This document shows positions 25,295 to 37,949 of a stretch of DNA of 64,000 bases, in pieces. The stretch is taken from the NCBI GenBank assembly GCA_038087875.1, contig CM075991.1, forward strand, positions 7,380,001 to 7,444,000, in the 5' to 3' direction. The translations under genes and the position numbers were made by a program. Position 1 is the first letter of the stretch. Each line of letters begins with the position of its first letter. The notes under the pieces are model-generated. The model saw only the letters and a program-made list of their open reading frames with translations, did no database searches and had not been told where the DNA came from. The stretch is from Malacoraja senta (lineage: Eukaryota).

Positions 25295-25608
25295 TTAGTT
25301 TAGTTTAGTTTAGAGATACAGTACGGAAACAGGCTCTTCGGCCCGAGTCCGCACCGACCAGCGATCCATGCATGTTAACACTATCCTACACACGTTAGGG
25401 ACAATTTTTTACATTTATAATAATTAGCCTACAAACCTGTACGTCTTTGGAGTGTGGGAGCAAACCAAAGCTTTGGAGAAAACCCACATGGTCACGGGGA
25501 GAACGTACAAACTCTGTACAGACAGCACCCATCGTCGGGATCTAACCTGGATCTCTGGCTCTAGTAAGCGCTGTAAGGCAGCAACTCTACCGCTGCGCCA
25601 CCGTGCCA
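25295..25608 (-). mobile_element. Full-length V-SINE copy
   Basis: (TTTAG)n tail. The head appears as CTCTACCGCTGCGCCACCGTGCC on the plus strand. Confidence 0.88.
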
Positions 25609-25864
25609 CTCTTGATTGAGCATCAACGGTTTGAATTAGACTCATGAACCATTTTGTATTGATGGGGAAGTTTATAGGGGGAAATAGCATTCTGGAATAT
25701 CAATACCAAAAGGACAAGGGTGATGTGTACTCACTGTCACCTTGCATATCCCTTCCAGGATGTTTCTAAGTATTCTCCAGCCAATGAAGTAAAACAGAAG
25801 TAATCAGCAAAAAAAAAAAAACACTGCGGATGCAGTAAATCTGGGCAGTGTGGTGCTTAGTTCA

Positions 25865-26232
25865 CTGAGCAGTGTGGTGCTCAGTGGCGCAATGGGCTAA
25901 GTGTTCGGCTGGCAACCGGAAGGTAGCCGGTTTGAATCCCGCTTGGAGTGCATACTGTCGTTGTGTCCTTGGGCAAGACACTTCACCCACCTTTGCCTGC
26001 GTGTGAATGTGTGTGTGTGTGAATGTGTGTGAGTGATTGGTGGTGGTCGGAGGGGCCGTAGGCGCAGATTAGCAGCCACGCTTCCGTCAGTCTGCCCCAG
26101 GGCAGCTGTGGCTACAGAAGTAGCTCACCACCACCGAGTGTGACTGAGGAGTGAATGAATAATGCGATGTAAAGCGCCTTGGGTATTAGAAAGGCGCTAT
26201 ATAAATCCAATCCATTATTATTATTATTATTA
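25865..26232 (+). mobile_element. tRNA-derived CORE-type SINE with L2-derived tail
   Basis: A-box TGGCGCAATGG, B-box GGTTTGAATCC, CORE-like GTGTCCTTGGGCAAGACACTT, L2 end TGTAAAGCGCCTTGGG...AAAGGCGCTATATAAAT, then (ATT)n. Probable TSD TTAGTTCA (25857-25864, 26233-26240). Confidence 0.8.
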
Positions 26233-27631
26233 TTAGTTCAGTTTATTACTTAATTTATAGTAAAAGTTTGGTTTATTACCGAGGTACAGTGAAAAGCTTT
26301 TTTTTGCGTGTCCTCCAGTGGGACCAGTGTAGATGGGACACTAAGTAGCTCAGGAGAAACCTTTTAGATAAGGGTTGGGAAGCATCAGCAATAGCAGAGA
26401 TGTAAGAAGCTGGGTGTACACTAGAAGAGGAGGAACAGCGGTTAAGTGATGGATGAGATAAAGAAGAGAGGAAGAGAATAAAAAGCGCCACAAATCAATT
26501 GGTCCATCCAAACTGTTTTTATTCTCTGTTAAATTGTTTTGACACTCATTTGTACACAAGGTCCCTTTTGATCAAAGATGGTTTGAGACCATTGACACGT
26601 GAAAAAGAGTTTCGAATGATTGCACATTAATAATAAATGGAACAATGGAATAGTCCCCCATGGCTACCTTGCAAGACACGTTAATCAATAGTATTATTAG
26701 TGTTATAAATTTCAGTTTTTGCCACATTCACGTTGGAGGAAATGACTTTGTGGAATTCCTGAGGTATTGCAATTAGTTGGTGTATGCTGTGCAGTGAAGA
26801 AATTAGCGAGTCCTTCAAGATGGTGGTGGGAGTGGATGGAGGAAAACAAAGGTGCCAGTGAGTGGGCTGGGGTCTTACCTCCCACACCATGGGTGGCTCT
26901 GGGCTTGCCAAGGTCGGCTGCGGGAGGCACTCTGGAACACGGAGGCTGAGCATGGGTCGTTTGGGGCAATGGTGGCGTGTTTGCGGATTAATGTATGCAG
27001 ATCGAGGTGTTGGTGGAATGGGTCACTAGAGGCCCTGGAGCAGCCTGGGGCTTGATTAGATCAGGCACAATTTCCAAGTGCCAAACATGTGGATCAGACA
27101 TGGCCTACAACAACAAAGAGTGGTGGATAGTGTTAGTGTACGGGTGATCGCTGGTCGGTACGGACTCGTAGGGCCGAAGGTCCTTTTCCCGCACTGTATC
27201 GCTAAAGTATGAAGTAAAGTCTAAAGTATTTAAGATTGAGCAGAACAGTGAATTATACTTTTGCATCTGGGACCAGGATTTAGATACTTCTCTTCTTTTC
27301 TGACAGTTAGTAGAGTTTAGTGTGAAAGAGAGACTTTGAGAGTTTGAGTTTAGTTCACAAGTTGCCCAGCGATGATGGTGGAGGAGGTCGGCGCGGGCGG
27401 TCGATGAAGTGCCGGCGGTCGAGGACGGGCCACGTGGGAGTCGGAGGACCCTCAGCTGGGAACAAAGGAGGATCCGGCATCTGGGGACTGCCGTGAGGGG
27501 GGGAAGAACAAAGAAGGACTCGGCGAGGGAGAAATGCCGGTAGGGGAGAAGGGTGGGGAGAGATCAAGGGTGGACCTGGATACTTTGTAACTTTGCAAGC
27601 GCCCTTTACATGGTGACTATTTGCATACCTT

Positions 27632-28505
27632 TTGGCAGCCTGCCTGCAGTCCGTCGTCTAACTCTTTTATTGTTTGAATATTTTTTATTTTTTTATTATT
27701 TGGAGTCTATTCTTTCTATGTGGGGGGGGGGAACTGTTTTAACCCCAGTCCTACCTGGTCGGAGATGCGGTTTTCCTCCGAATCGCGTCTCCGGTCTCCC
27801 CATGCGGCCTTCCATCGGGCTGGAGCGGCGTTTCCTGCCGGGGACCACAGCTTCGGCGGCACAGTGCTGGGACACCAACGGGGAGCGGGCGATGCCTTGT
27901 CGGGTCGCCGCTCCGGAGTGCTGTGACCGCCGACCACCGGACCAACGGGGAGCGGGCGATGCCTTGTCGGGTCGCCGCTCCGGAGTGCTGTGACCGCCGA
28001 CCACCAACATCGAGCAGCCGTGGTCTGCGGTCTGCGGTTTGAGGGCATCCCGCCACGGGCGGGCGGCGCTGGATCGGAAGCACCGCGGAGTCGAAGCTCC
28101 AACCGGCGCGGCCTGAAGTCCGCGGGCGTCGCAGTCTCCGGGGAAGGAGCGGCCGCTCCAGACATTTCCAAGCTGCTGAGGACTTTTCCACCCGATGCGG
28201 GTGGGCAAACAACATCGGGCTGCCGTTGCGGCGACTGGCTGCAGTGGCCTCAGACTGGCCCCGACCTCGGGTGGACTAGGAGGAGGAGGAGGACTGGACA
28301 TTTTAGTGCCTTCCCTCACAGTGGAGAGTGTAGATTCTACTGTGGGGGGATGTTCGTGTTTGTGTAAATCTCTTATAGTGTGTTGTCATTTTTTCTATCT
28401 CTTTTTATTATTTGTTTGGTTAGTAACTGTAAAGCACTTTGGCTTTTGAGTTAAATCAATTGGAAAATGTGCTATATAAATAAACTTATTATTATTATTA
28501 TTATT
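27632..28505 (+). mobile_element. GC/CpG-rich non-autonomous element with L2-type 3' tail
   Basis: TSD ATACCTT (27625-27631, 28506-28512). 3' end TGTAAAGCACTTTG...GTGCTATATAAATAAA(TTA)n. A related copy lies at 63785-64000. Confidence 0.75.
27874..28005. repeat. 67-bp tandem duplication
   Basis: ACCAACGGGGAGCGGGCGATGCC...GACCGCCGACCACC at 27874 and 27941. Confidence 0.9.
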
Positions 28506-29309
28506 ATACCTTGGGTATGCAAGCAAAGAATTTCAATGTGACTTGTCACATGTGACTTGACAAATAAAGTATTCAATTCAATTCAATTCAACTGGTAGTA
28601 GTTGGAAAGCTCATCCCAATAACGCACTCTTTCTCTTCATTTACTGCCCAGGAACTTGCTTCAATGTATTGGTTAGCACTGTTACCCCTCCACATTGCTT
28701 ATAACCCCACCCAATTGATGTACTTACTATTGACCATATGCTTGGTTTTCCACCAGCACAAAGTAACTGTGAAAACACTTTGCTCATTTGTAAATGAAGC
28801 CTTTTCCCTTCAAGAACTCGTCCATTGACAGACTATTGGCCGCTAATTTTGCTTCATCTTAAAAAAATATACTGTTTTTCCAACACTGTGGATGTAAAAA
28901 TAAGGTGAAAAATCAGCATTGAAATCCGAAGAAAGTTTGCCATGGCTGATTGCATTGGCTCTATTAATCCTTATTAACAAACACTAACGCAGCATGATTA
29001 AAAAAAAAAGAATGGCTCATGCAAAAGAGCTTTTCACTGATCTGCAGATTGCTTGTTTGATTATTTTTGCTGAGGGTTTTTTGAATGATGACTTGAATCC
29101 AGCCCTGCCTCGGATTCTGGCTTCAAACCCAATCTCTGTCAATTATTTTGATTCTCAATGGTCTTGAGTCCATGAGAACCCCAACATTTTCAATAATAAA
29201 ATGGTAGCACTATCCAGCAGCGATAAGGGGAATACACGCAATCCTTTCCCCACGTTTGGGAGAATCAGTAACTGGAGGGCTTAGGTTTATGGTGAGGTGA
29301 AAGATTTAA

Positions 29310-29861
29310 AGGGCCTGCCCACTGCGGGGACCTAATTGGCGAGTTTAGAAGAGTTTGCCCTTGACTCATACTCGCAGCATGGTCGACACGTGGTCCTAGG
29401 AGGTCTTTGTAACTCTCCTTAATGCTCGAGAGTAGTCCCCGCATACTCGAGGCCTCAGTTAGATCACTGCGGTTTTTTTAGCATGCTGAAAAATGCCCGC
29501 GAGTAAAAAAAGGTCGCCATGGAAAAAAATAGATTTTTTTTAATGCTCGTAGGTTTAGTCGAAGTAGGTCGTAGTGGGTCGGCATGTTATTCATAGGTAA
29601 TTGAGTGTAGTCGTAGATAGTCTTCAACATAGTCAAAGGAGATCGAAGGAGGTCGTCTTCACTCTCCACTATTCTGTGTCCAATTTCCCCGAAGCTGGTC
29701 GCAGCTAGTCAAAGCTAGTCTTCTACATAGTCGAATGAGGTCGAAGGAGATCGAAAGAGGTCTTCTACATAGTCGAATGAGGTCTTCAACACGACACTTT
29801 TTCATACTCTCCTACACTCTTCTACAATCGCAAATTACGTCTCTGCAGTGGGACAGGCCCT
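29310..29861. mobile_element. MITE (AGGGCCTGTCCCACT family) inserted in a CR1 remnant
   Basis: TIRs AGGGCCTG-CCCACTGC...GCAGTGGGACAGGCCCT with TTAA on both sides. The interior is rich in GTCG/TAGTC repeats. CR1 sequence continues on both flanks. Confidence 0.8.
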
Positions 29862-30309
29862 TTAATACGAACCTGAGAGGCAACTTTTTCCACACAGAGA
29901 GTGGTACGTCTATGGAACGAGCTGTCAGAGGGAGTGTTTACAGCAGGTGCAATAACAACATTGCAAAGACACTTGGATAGATACATGGGGATGAAAGCTT
30001 TAGACTGAGGAATATGGCGCAAATGTGAGATGTGGCATCTTGTTTGACATGAACAAGTTGGGTCCAAGGGCCTGTTTCTGTGCTGTATGACTCTATCTGA
30101 TGCCAGCGCTGCTTAGCTGCACTGGTAAATGATGTTGGCAAGTATGTGAGTAACATTACATTTGATAGGGCAAGTTCTTCATTCTTTAGTGTTTTTCATT
30201 AGCCAGTTAACAGCTGGCCAACCCCATTCTTTCACCTCTTGCCTGAAGATGCAACCTGTATTTTGCAACACATTCTCCTCTATAAATTACTTGGATTCTG
30301 GCTTCATAC

Positions 30310-30660
30310 CCAGTCTGGTGGTTGTTGGGAAGAAGCTGTTTCTGAACCCGGAGGTCACAGTTTTCAAACACCTAAAACTTCTACCTGTTGGCAGAAGTGA
30401 AATGAGAGCACGGCCAGGGTGCATGTTTTATGCGATCATCAGCTTGGATAGCGGGGAGGTCAGTGCCCCTTGCAGTGTTGACCGGACAACGTCCACTGCT
30501 TTTTGTAATCTCCTTCCTTGAACCAGCTGAACCAGTCCTTGATGCAACCTGTCAATATCCTCTCCACCGTACAACTATACAAGTATTCATCGACATGCCG
30601 AATCTCCTCAATCCACTAAGGAAGTAGAGGCATTGATGGCCTTTCTTTCTGATTGCTGCC
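30310..30660 (-). mobile_element. Decayed Rex1/Babar 3' remnant
   Basis: GGGAAGAAGCTGTTTCTGAACC is the reverse complement of the RFRNSFFP motif. Confidence 0.55.
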
Positions 30661-32214
30661 TCTTCAACATAATCGAGGAGCAACCTTCCCAAACCAAAGA
30701 CATCTCATTACGAGGATGAACAGTTTTTTGAACCCAAAATATGAAAGTCTGCAGCAATTTTAAATTCATGATCCTTTTAACGTTCATTCTGGCTGAAAAA
30801 TGTGTACGTTTGTTCAAAGGGTGACAGGTGTACCACAAGTGTTCCCATACATGTCCAGTTGCATAACATTATTATGAATCATTCCAAGTGAAGTGCAACA
30901 CTGGCGGGGTCTCAGAAGAGGAGTTTCAATGGTTCAATAGTCCTTTACTTGTCACGTGCAACCACACACTGAAAATCTTTTTGATGCCTGTTGCATATCA
31001 TGTTCAACTTCAGTTTTGGCTCCATCACGGGTCAGAAAGGAATGTATGTGAAATTCCATTCGCACTGGAAAATGTATATGAAAAATGTCTTCCATTTTGT
31101 CAGGGATGAAAATGTGATTCAAACAAAAATCCAAATTTCATCTGTTCATGGGCATGTTGGAAAGAGCAGCATTTATAGTCCACACAACTGTCTCCTGAAA
31201 ATAGTGATTTGTTGGCATCTCAGAGGGCAGTGAAGGTGAACCACAACTCAGATATAGGTAGGGAAGGTAGGCTTACTTCCATGAAGGATATCAGTGAACC
31301 AAAAGAATTATTTTGTAGTTTCATGTTAACATTTACTGACCACAATTTTTTTATTCTGGACTGATTTACTCATCTAACTTTAAATTTGCAGCCGCTGTTT
31401 CTCTTGATTAAATGTTAAATTCTCTAGAGATGTCCAGTTACTTAACCACAATTAATTTAGCAATCATCTTTGTTACGAAAATTGAGGCCATCTGGAAAGA
31501 GACATCTGCCACTTTTACCTTCCCTCCCCTAACCCACTGGACCAAAAACATTCCCCATGGCCTATCCTCAAACTCACATTGTTCTCTTCTCTAACCCTCT
31601 TGCCCTCTCGTGTCATCTTGGCCTTTAAGCACAGAACGTAGAGCAGTATATCACAGAAATAAGTCCTTCGGCCCACAGTGTTTGTGCCAAACACATGCGA
31701 TGCCAAGTTCAACTGATCTCATCTGCCTGTACATGATCCATATCCCTCTATTATTTGCACTTCCGTGTGCCCATATAAAAGCATCTTAAACACCACTAAC
31801 TATCGCATCAGTCTCCACAACTACCCCTGGTAATGTGTTCCAGGGCCTCACCACTTTCTGTGTCAAAAAACATGCTTGCACATCTCCATTAACAAAATCC
31901 CCTCTCAGCTTATACAGTGCCCTCTAGTGTTGGGCATATCCACCCTGTGGTAAAAGGTTCCGACTGTCCACCCCATCTATGACAATTTAACCATTCCTTT
32001 TGGTAACTAATGCTTATTTAACCCTTTAATGTAAAGATCTTGCATTTCCCTTGAAGTATTTTCAGGATGGGTATTTGTTTAATCCCTTATTTTATATATG
32101 TGCAGAATAACTATAGTTTCTCCCTGCAAATACTGAGCTTCAGTAAGAACCATTGATTTTGCCCAGGTAATTGTTCCTCCCCACAGCAGTGGCCCCCATA
32201 GCTCTGGTCATTGT

Positions 32215-34047
32215 TTAACACCTCCACCATGCGAGGACAACATAGACTTCCTCAACACACTTAACACCTTCTTCAACCGGTTTGAGGAAGACAACACCAC
32301 CACACCAACAAAAGCCCCTCCCTGCCCAGACCATGAAACACTTCACCTGGACCCAGCTGATGTGCGGAGGACCCTACTCAAGGTGAACCCCAGTAAAGCT
32401 GCAGGTCCTGACAACATACCGGGGCGTGTGCTCAGAGACTGTGCTGACCAACTCACAGATGTTCTCACGGACATCTACAACACCTCTCTGAGCCAAGCCA
32501 TCATACCAGCATGCTTCAAAGCCACCACCATCATACCGCTACCCAAGAAATCGCCAGCCTCAACACTGAACGACTACCGGCCCATAGCACTCACGTCCAT
32601 CATGATGAAGTGCTTTGAAAGGTTGGTTAAGGTCCACATAACATCCAGTCTCCCCTCTACACTTGACCCATTCCAGTTTGCATTCCATCCCAACCGTTCC
32701 ACTGATGATGCCATAGCAACAGTACTCCACCTAAGCCTGGCTCATCTGGAAAACAATAACAGTTACGTGCGGTTGCTGTTCATCGATTTCAGCTCCGCCT
32801 TCAACACAGTCATCCCCCAACACCTGGTGAATAAACTCGGCGAAATAGGCATCAGCACCCCACTATGCAACTGGTTACTGGACTTCCTCACCGACAGACC
32901 ACAGACAGTAAGAGTTGGCAAAAACTCATCAGAGACCACCATCATGAACACCAGGGTCCCACAGGGATGTGTGCTGAGCCCTCTGTTGTTCACGCTGATG
33001 ACAGATGACTGTTGTGCCAAACATAACTCGAACCACATCATCAAGTTCGCAGATGACACAACAGTGGTGGGCCTCATCAGCCACGATGACGACTCAGCCT
33101 ACAGAGAGGAGGTACAACAACTCATCAACTGGTGTGACATCAATAACCTTCAACTCAATGTCAATAAAACGAAAGAAATAACTGTGGGCTTCAGGAAGAA
33201 ACAGGCAGCACACACCCCACTCACCATAAATGGCAGTGCACTGGAGTCTGTGAAAAGCACCAAGTTCCTGGGAGTACACATCACAGATGATCAGACATGG
33301 TCCACCAACACCATCTCCCTAGTCAAGAAAGCACAGCAACGCCTCCACTTCCTTCGACGGATGAGGAGAGCCGACCTCCCCCCTTCTGCCCTCACAACTT
33401 TTTACAGGGGTGCCATTGAGAGCATTCTTACCAGCAGTCTCTCAGTCTGGTTTGGCAGTTGTTCTGCTGCTGACCAGAAGGCCCTACAGAGAGTGGTGAG
33501 GACAGCGGAGAAGATCACTAGATCACCCCAACCAGCAATTCAAGACTTATACCCATCTCGCTGTCGCAAGAGAGCAACCAATATCATCAAAGACACCACC
33601 CACCCAGCACACAAACTGTTCACCCTCCTACCATCCGGCAAGCGCTACCGCAGCATGTGGAGCAAAACCACAAGATTCAAAAACAGCTTTTTCCCTCAGG
33701 CCATCAGACTACTCAACACACTCAAGAAAATTCCATGAACATTACACAAAGACCAACTGACTGTCAAATTAACTTTAACCCAATGTCTGCAGTATGCTAT
33801 TTGCACTTTTCTATATTGCACCTTTTATTAATGAATATTTTATATAATGTATATGTCCATTGTCTATTTTTATTGGTATACTGTCTGTCTGTGTTATAAA
33901 TATGACTTGCACATTGGAGTATGAGGAAACGCAATTTCAATCCTCTGTGTAACTACTTGTTACAGTATTTGAATTGACAATAAAGTTACTATTAATATTA
34001 CTATTACTATTACTATTACTATTACTATTACTATTACTATTACTATT
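32215..34047 (+). mobile_element. 5'-truncated Rex1/Babar LINE, young copy
   Basis: Uninterrupted RT frame, 3' UTR with AATAAAG, and a (TACTAT)n tail at ~33987-34046. Confidence 0.93.
32362..33738 (+). CDS. Rex1/Babar reverse transcriptase (endonuclease missing; frame open upstream to ~32218)
   Basis: KAAGPD, NDYRPIALTS, FIDFSSAFNT, PQGCVLSP, KFADD, KFLGVHI, RFKNSFFP. Confidence 0.93.
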   Translation: MRRTLLKVNPSKAAGPDNIPGRVLRDCADQLTDVLTDIYNTSLSQAIIPACFKATTIIPLPKKSPASTLNDYRPIALTSIMMKCFERLVKVHITSSLPSTLDPFQFAFHPNRSTDDAIATVLHLSLAHLENNNSYVRLLFIDFSSAFNTVIPQHLVNKLGEIGISTPLCNWLLDFLTDRPQTVRVGKNSSETTIMNTRVPQGCVLSPLLFTLMTDDCCAKHNSNHIIKFADDTTVVGLISHDDDSAYREEVQQLINWCDINNLQLNVNKTKEITVGFRKKQAAHTPLTINGSALESVKSTKFLGVHITDDQTWSTNTISLVKKAQQRLHFLRRMRRADLPPSALTTFYRGAIESILTSSLSVWFGSCSAADQKALQRVVRTAEKITRSPQPAIQDLYPSRCRKRATNIIKDTTHPAHKLFTLLPSGKRYRSMWSKTTRFKNSFFPQAIRLLNTLKKIP

Positions 34048-35158
34048 CAATGTCAAATTCTTATAGATTTAATTTGGTTTCAGTTTTCTTTTCAAGCGTT
34101 AATTTCAATCCAGTCAGATGCTTGCTGTTTGCATTGTCGGCTAAATTGCAATTCTTTTAATATTTGCAAAATAAGATTATTTGTCCGACCATAACTCGGG
34201 GCAAATTATCGAGTGACTCATATAAGGTCATTTGAAGGTTATTATTGCAATGCTTATTGATTTATTGTCTTTTATATTATAACAACATAATATAATTGTT
34301 ACCTTACTATTCTTATCCACAATCAATACACTTCATCGTGGGTAGGATATATAACTCACCACAAACAAGGAATAGAAATAATGAGTTGGTTTTATGAGAG
34401 AGAACTGCTGTCTTGTCGAGACAGGACCATTACATTCTGGAAAACAGAAGAGGTGTGTGGAAAGGAAAGGTATTGGTGGTGTTTTATTATTTTCACGTGT
34501 CCTGCGATACAATGAAAAACTTTGTTTGCATGCTGTCCAGTCAAATCATCCCATGCGGGAAGGGAGTACAATCAAAGATATACAAGTACAATGTGTGGTG
34601 CCAAGAGAAGAATACAAAGAGATATACACAAAAAAGTGAAGTAACTCAGCGTGGGATTCTCTGTCACAGAAGGCAGTGGAGGCCAATTCACTGGATGTAT
34701 TCAAGAGAGAGTTAGATATAGCTCTTAGGGCTAACGGAATCGAGGGGAGAAAGCAGGAACGGGGTACTGAATTTGGATTATCAGCCATGATCATATTGAA
34801 TGGCGGTGCTGGTTCAAAGGGCCGAATGGCCTATTGCACCTATTTTCTATGTTTCTATGACCCACTGGGTCACTCCAGTTTTTTGTGTCTTTCTTCAGTT
34901 TAAATCAGCATCTGCAGTTCCTTCCCGCACAGGAATAAATCGAGGCTGAAGGGGAAGGACAATTGGAAAATCTGACACCTTTTATGATGTCATCCGAGGC
35001 ACAAATCTTTATAAACAAAGATACATTTATCAAACAGGCTGTTATATTGTACTAACTGTCAAAACAACAAACTACCAATGCTGGCTTATACCAATAATAG
35101 ACCTAAAGTGCTGGAGTAACTCAGCGGGTTTACAATAAATATTGTACCGATTTGCATT

Positions 35159-36135
35159 ATAGACAATAGACAATAGACAATAGGTGCAGGAGTAGGTCAT
35201 TCGGCCCTTTGAGCCGGCACCGCCATTCAATGTGATCATGGCTGATCATCCCCATCAGTACCCCGTTCCTGCCTTCTCCCCATATCCCCTGACTCCGCTA
35301 TTTTTAAGAGCCCCATCTAGCTCTCTCTTGAAAGCATCCAGAGAACCTGCCTCCACCTGAGGCAGAGAATTCCACAGACTCACCACTCACCTGTGAGAAA
35401 AAGTGTTTCCTCGTCTCCGTTCTAAATGGCTTACTCCTTATTCTTGAACTGTGGCTCCTGGTTCTGGACTCCCCCAACATCGGGAACATGTTTCCTGCCT
35501 CTAGCGTGTCCAAACCCTTAACAATCCTATATGTTTCAATGAGATATCCTCTCATCCTTCTAAACTCCAGAGTGTACAAGCCCAGCTGCTCCATTCTCTC
35601 AGCATATGACAGTCCCGCCATCCCGGGAATTAACCTTGTAAACCTACGCTGCACTCCCTCAATAGCAAGAATGTCCTTCCTCAAATTAGGGGACCAAAAC
35701 TGCACACAATACTCCAAGTGTGGTCTCACTAGGGCTCTGTACAACTACAGAAGGACCTCTTTGCTCCTATATTCGATTCCTCTTGTTATTAAGGCCAACA
35801 TGCCATTCGCTTTCTTCACTGCCTGCTGTACCTGCATGCTTACTTTCATAGACTGATGTACATGGACCCCCAGATCCCGTTGTACTTCCCCTTTTCCCAA
35901 CTTGACACCATTTAGATAGAAATCTGCCATCCTGTTTTTGCTACCAAAGTGGATAACCTCACATTTATCCACATTAAACTTCATCAGCCATGCATCTGCC
36001 CACTCCCCCAACCCGTCCAAGTCACCCTACATTCTCATAGCATCCTCCTCACAGTTCACACTGCCACCCAGCTTTGTGTCATCTGCAAATTTGCTAATGT
36101 TACTTTGAATCCCTTCATCCAAATCATTGATGTAT
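35159..36135 (-). mobile_element. 5'-truncated CR1 LINE (ORF2 C-terminus, disrupted)
   Basis: KFADDTKLGG, MKFNVDKCEVIHFG, RDLGV, YRALVRPHLEYCVQFWSP. (CTATTGT)n tail. Confidence 0.93.
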
Positions 36136-36354
36136 TGGTTTGAGATTTGCACTTAGGGACTAGTGTTTGGCCAATTAAATGTTATTACTTTTCTAACTTC
36201 TGGGTGGACTGTTGGGTATTGATTTATTAATGTGCATCCAAGGAGGAACGTCATACTGGTATCACAGCAATATCTTGGCAAAGTATTTGAACTGTGTGTC
36301 ATTTCAAAGGGCATGAAACTTGAACCTCATCATGTGGAACTTGAGACGGTTTAT

Positions 36355-36733
36355 GTGTGGGAAGGAACTGCAGATGCTGGTTTAAACCGAAGATAGACAC
36401 AAAATGCTGGAGTAACTCAGCGGGACAGAAGGAATGAGTGATGTTTTGGGTCGAGACCCTTCTTCAGACGGAAAGTCACGGGAAGGAGAACTGAGAGATA
36501 TAGACAATGATGTAGAGAGGTGTAGAACAATGAATGAAAGATGTGCAAAAAAGTAACGATGATAAAGGAAACGGGCCATTGTTAGCTGTGTGTTGGGTGA
36601 GAGCAAGAAGCTGGTGCGACTTGGGTGGGGGAGGGATAGAGAGAGAGGGAATGCAGTTGAAGTAGGAGAAATCAATACTCATTCCACTGGGTTGTATGCT
36701 GCCCAAGCAAAATATGAGATGCTGTTCCTCCAG
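36355..36733 (-). mobile_element. Penelope 3'/pLTR remnant
   Basis: GIY-YIG tail (LEEQHLIFCLGS) and pLTR, with a hammerhead-like core at ~36438-36468. Confidence 0.75.
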
Positions 36734-36989
36734 GTTTTAGACCAGGTTCTCATTGAAAGCTTCCTTTACCGAATGATGTAAAGGATTAGAGAATGATGGT
36801 TGTATTACTGTTCCACTAATCCTGAGACCTGGACTAATAATCTGGAAAGTCTTTTAAATGGCACTACCGTATCTGCTTCAACCACCACCCCCGGCAATGT
36901 TTTCCAGGCACTGTGCGTACAAAAACTTGCCCTGCACATATACTTTAAGCTTTTTCCCATTCACCTCAATGCTACACGGTTGCACAGTG

Positions 36990-37296
36990 GGCGGCACGGT
37001 AGTGCAGTGGTAGAGCTATTACCTCACAGCGCCAGAGACCCAGGTTCGATCGGGCGACTACGGGTGCTGTCTGTATGGAGTTTGTACGTTCTCCCCGTGA
37101 CCTGCACGGGTTTACTCTGAGATCTTCGGTTTCCTCCCACACTCCAAAGAAGTCCAATTGGCTTGGTATAAATGTAAAAATTCTCCTAGCGAGTGTAGGG
37201 TAGTGTTAATGTGCGGGGATCGCTGGTCGGTGCAGACTCAGTGGGCTGAAGGGTCTGAGTCTGCGCTGTATCTCTAAACTAAACTAAACTAAACTA
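36990..37296 (+). mobile_element. V-SINE copy
   Basis: Head, V-domain and (CTAAA)4 tail. Confidence 0.85.
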
Positions 37297-37949
37297 ATCT
37301 AGTATTTGATTTTTTTCATCCTGGGAGAAAGGTTCTGACTGTCTCCCCTATCTGTACCTCTCATAGATTAAAGTAATCTATAGAATAAGCTCTAAAGGTT
37401 TACTGGGGCATCCTAAACTCATGAAAAGATGTTGTGTAAATATTCCTTTTGATTAGTTGCTTTAGCTTAGTGTATGTGTGTGTGTGTGTGTGTGTGTGGC
37501 CATATTTGTACATTTGAGGGAGGAGATTTGTCCTTGTGTGTTTGACGATGATTCCAATCACAACTTCCAGTTTCTGAAAGCCATATATCCTGTCACATCC
37601 TTAAGCAGACTATCATGGAAAACAATAAGGTGTTAAACAAAACAATAAATCTTCAGAATGACCAATAGCTGCCTGAAACTTGTGTTCAGCCACTCACTTT
37701 ATCTCACTGGTAAAGTGGTCGTTTTTAAGATCACTTGTGATTTTATAGCGCGGTCTCCACTGACAGCTTGAGCAAGAGATTAACTCAATTGGCACAAAAT
37801 TATCTCTTGCCAGTTTCCAAAATGTTATCAGTCACATCAACAAAATTGATGTTCTTTACATTTTTGCAGCTAAATTAGTGGGAAAACGAACAGAACATGC
37901 AGTTGAAACTTTGCAGGCGATGCAGGCAGCGTCCACAGCAAGCGAACAA

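Larger units (their letters stand above)
27360..28590 (+). mobile_element. GC-rich non-coding retroelement with (ATTCA)n tail, split by a nested insertion
   Basis: Removing 27632-28512 restores the hairpin TTGCATACC-TT-GGGTATGCAA. Ends with AATAAAG and (ATTCA)n. Confidence 0.55.

Noticed and set aside
26680..27060. Moderately GC-rich stretch with overlapping short ORFs
   Set aside because: Probably an old repeat remnant, but no family or motif could be supported.
27553..28449. Several overlapping 125-207 aa ORFs on both strands
   Set aside because: Expected from high GC content and a 67-bp duplication inside a TSD-flanked repeat; no recognisable domain.
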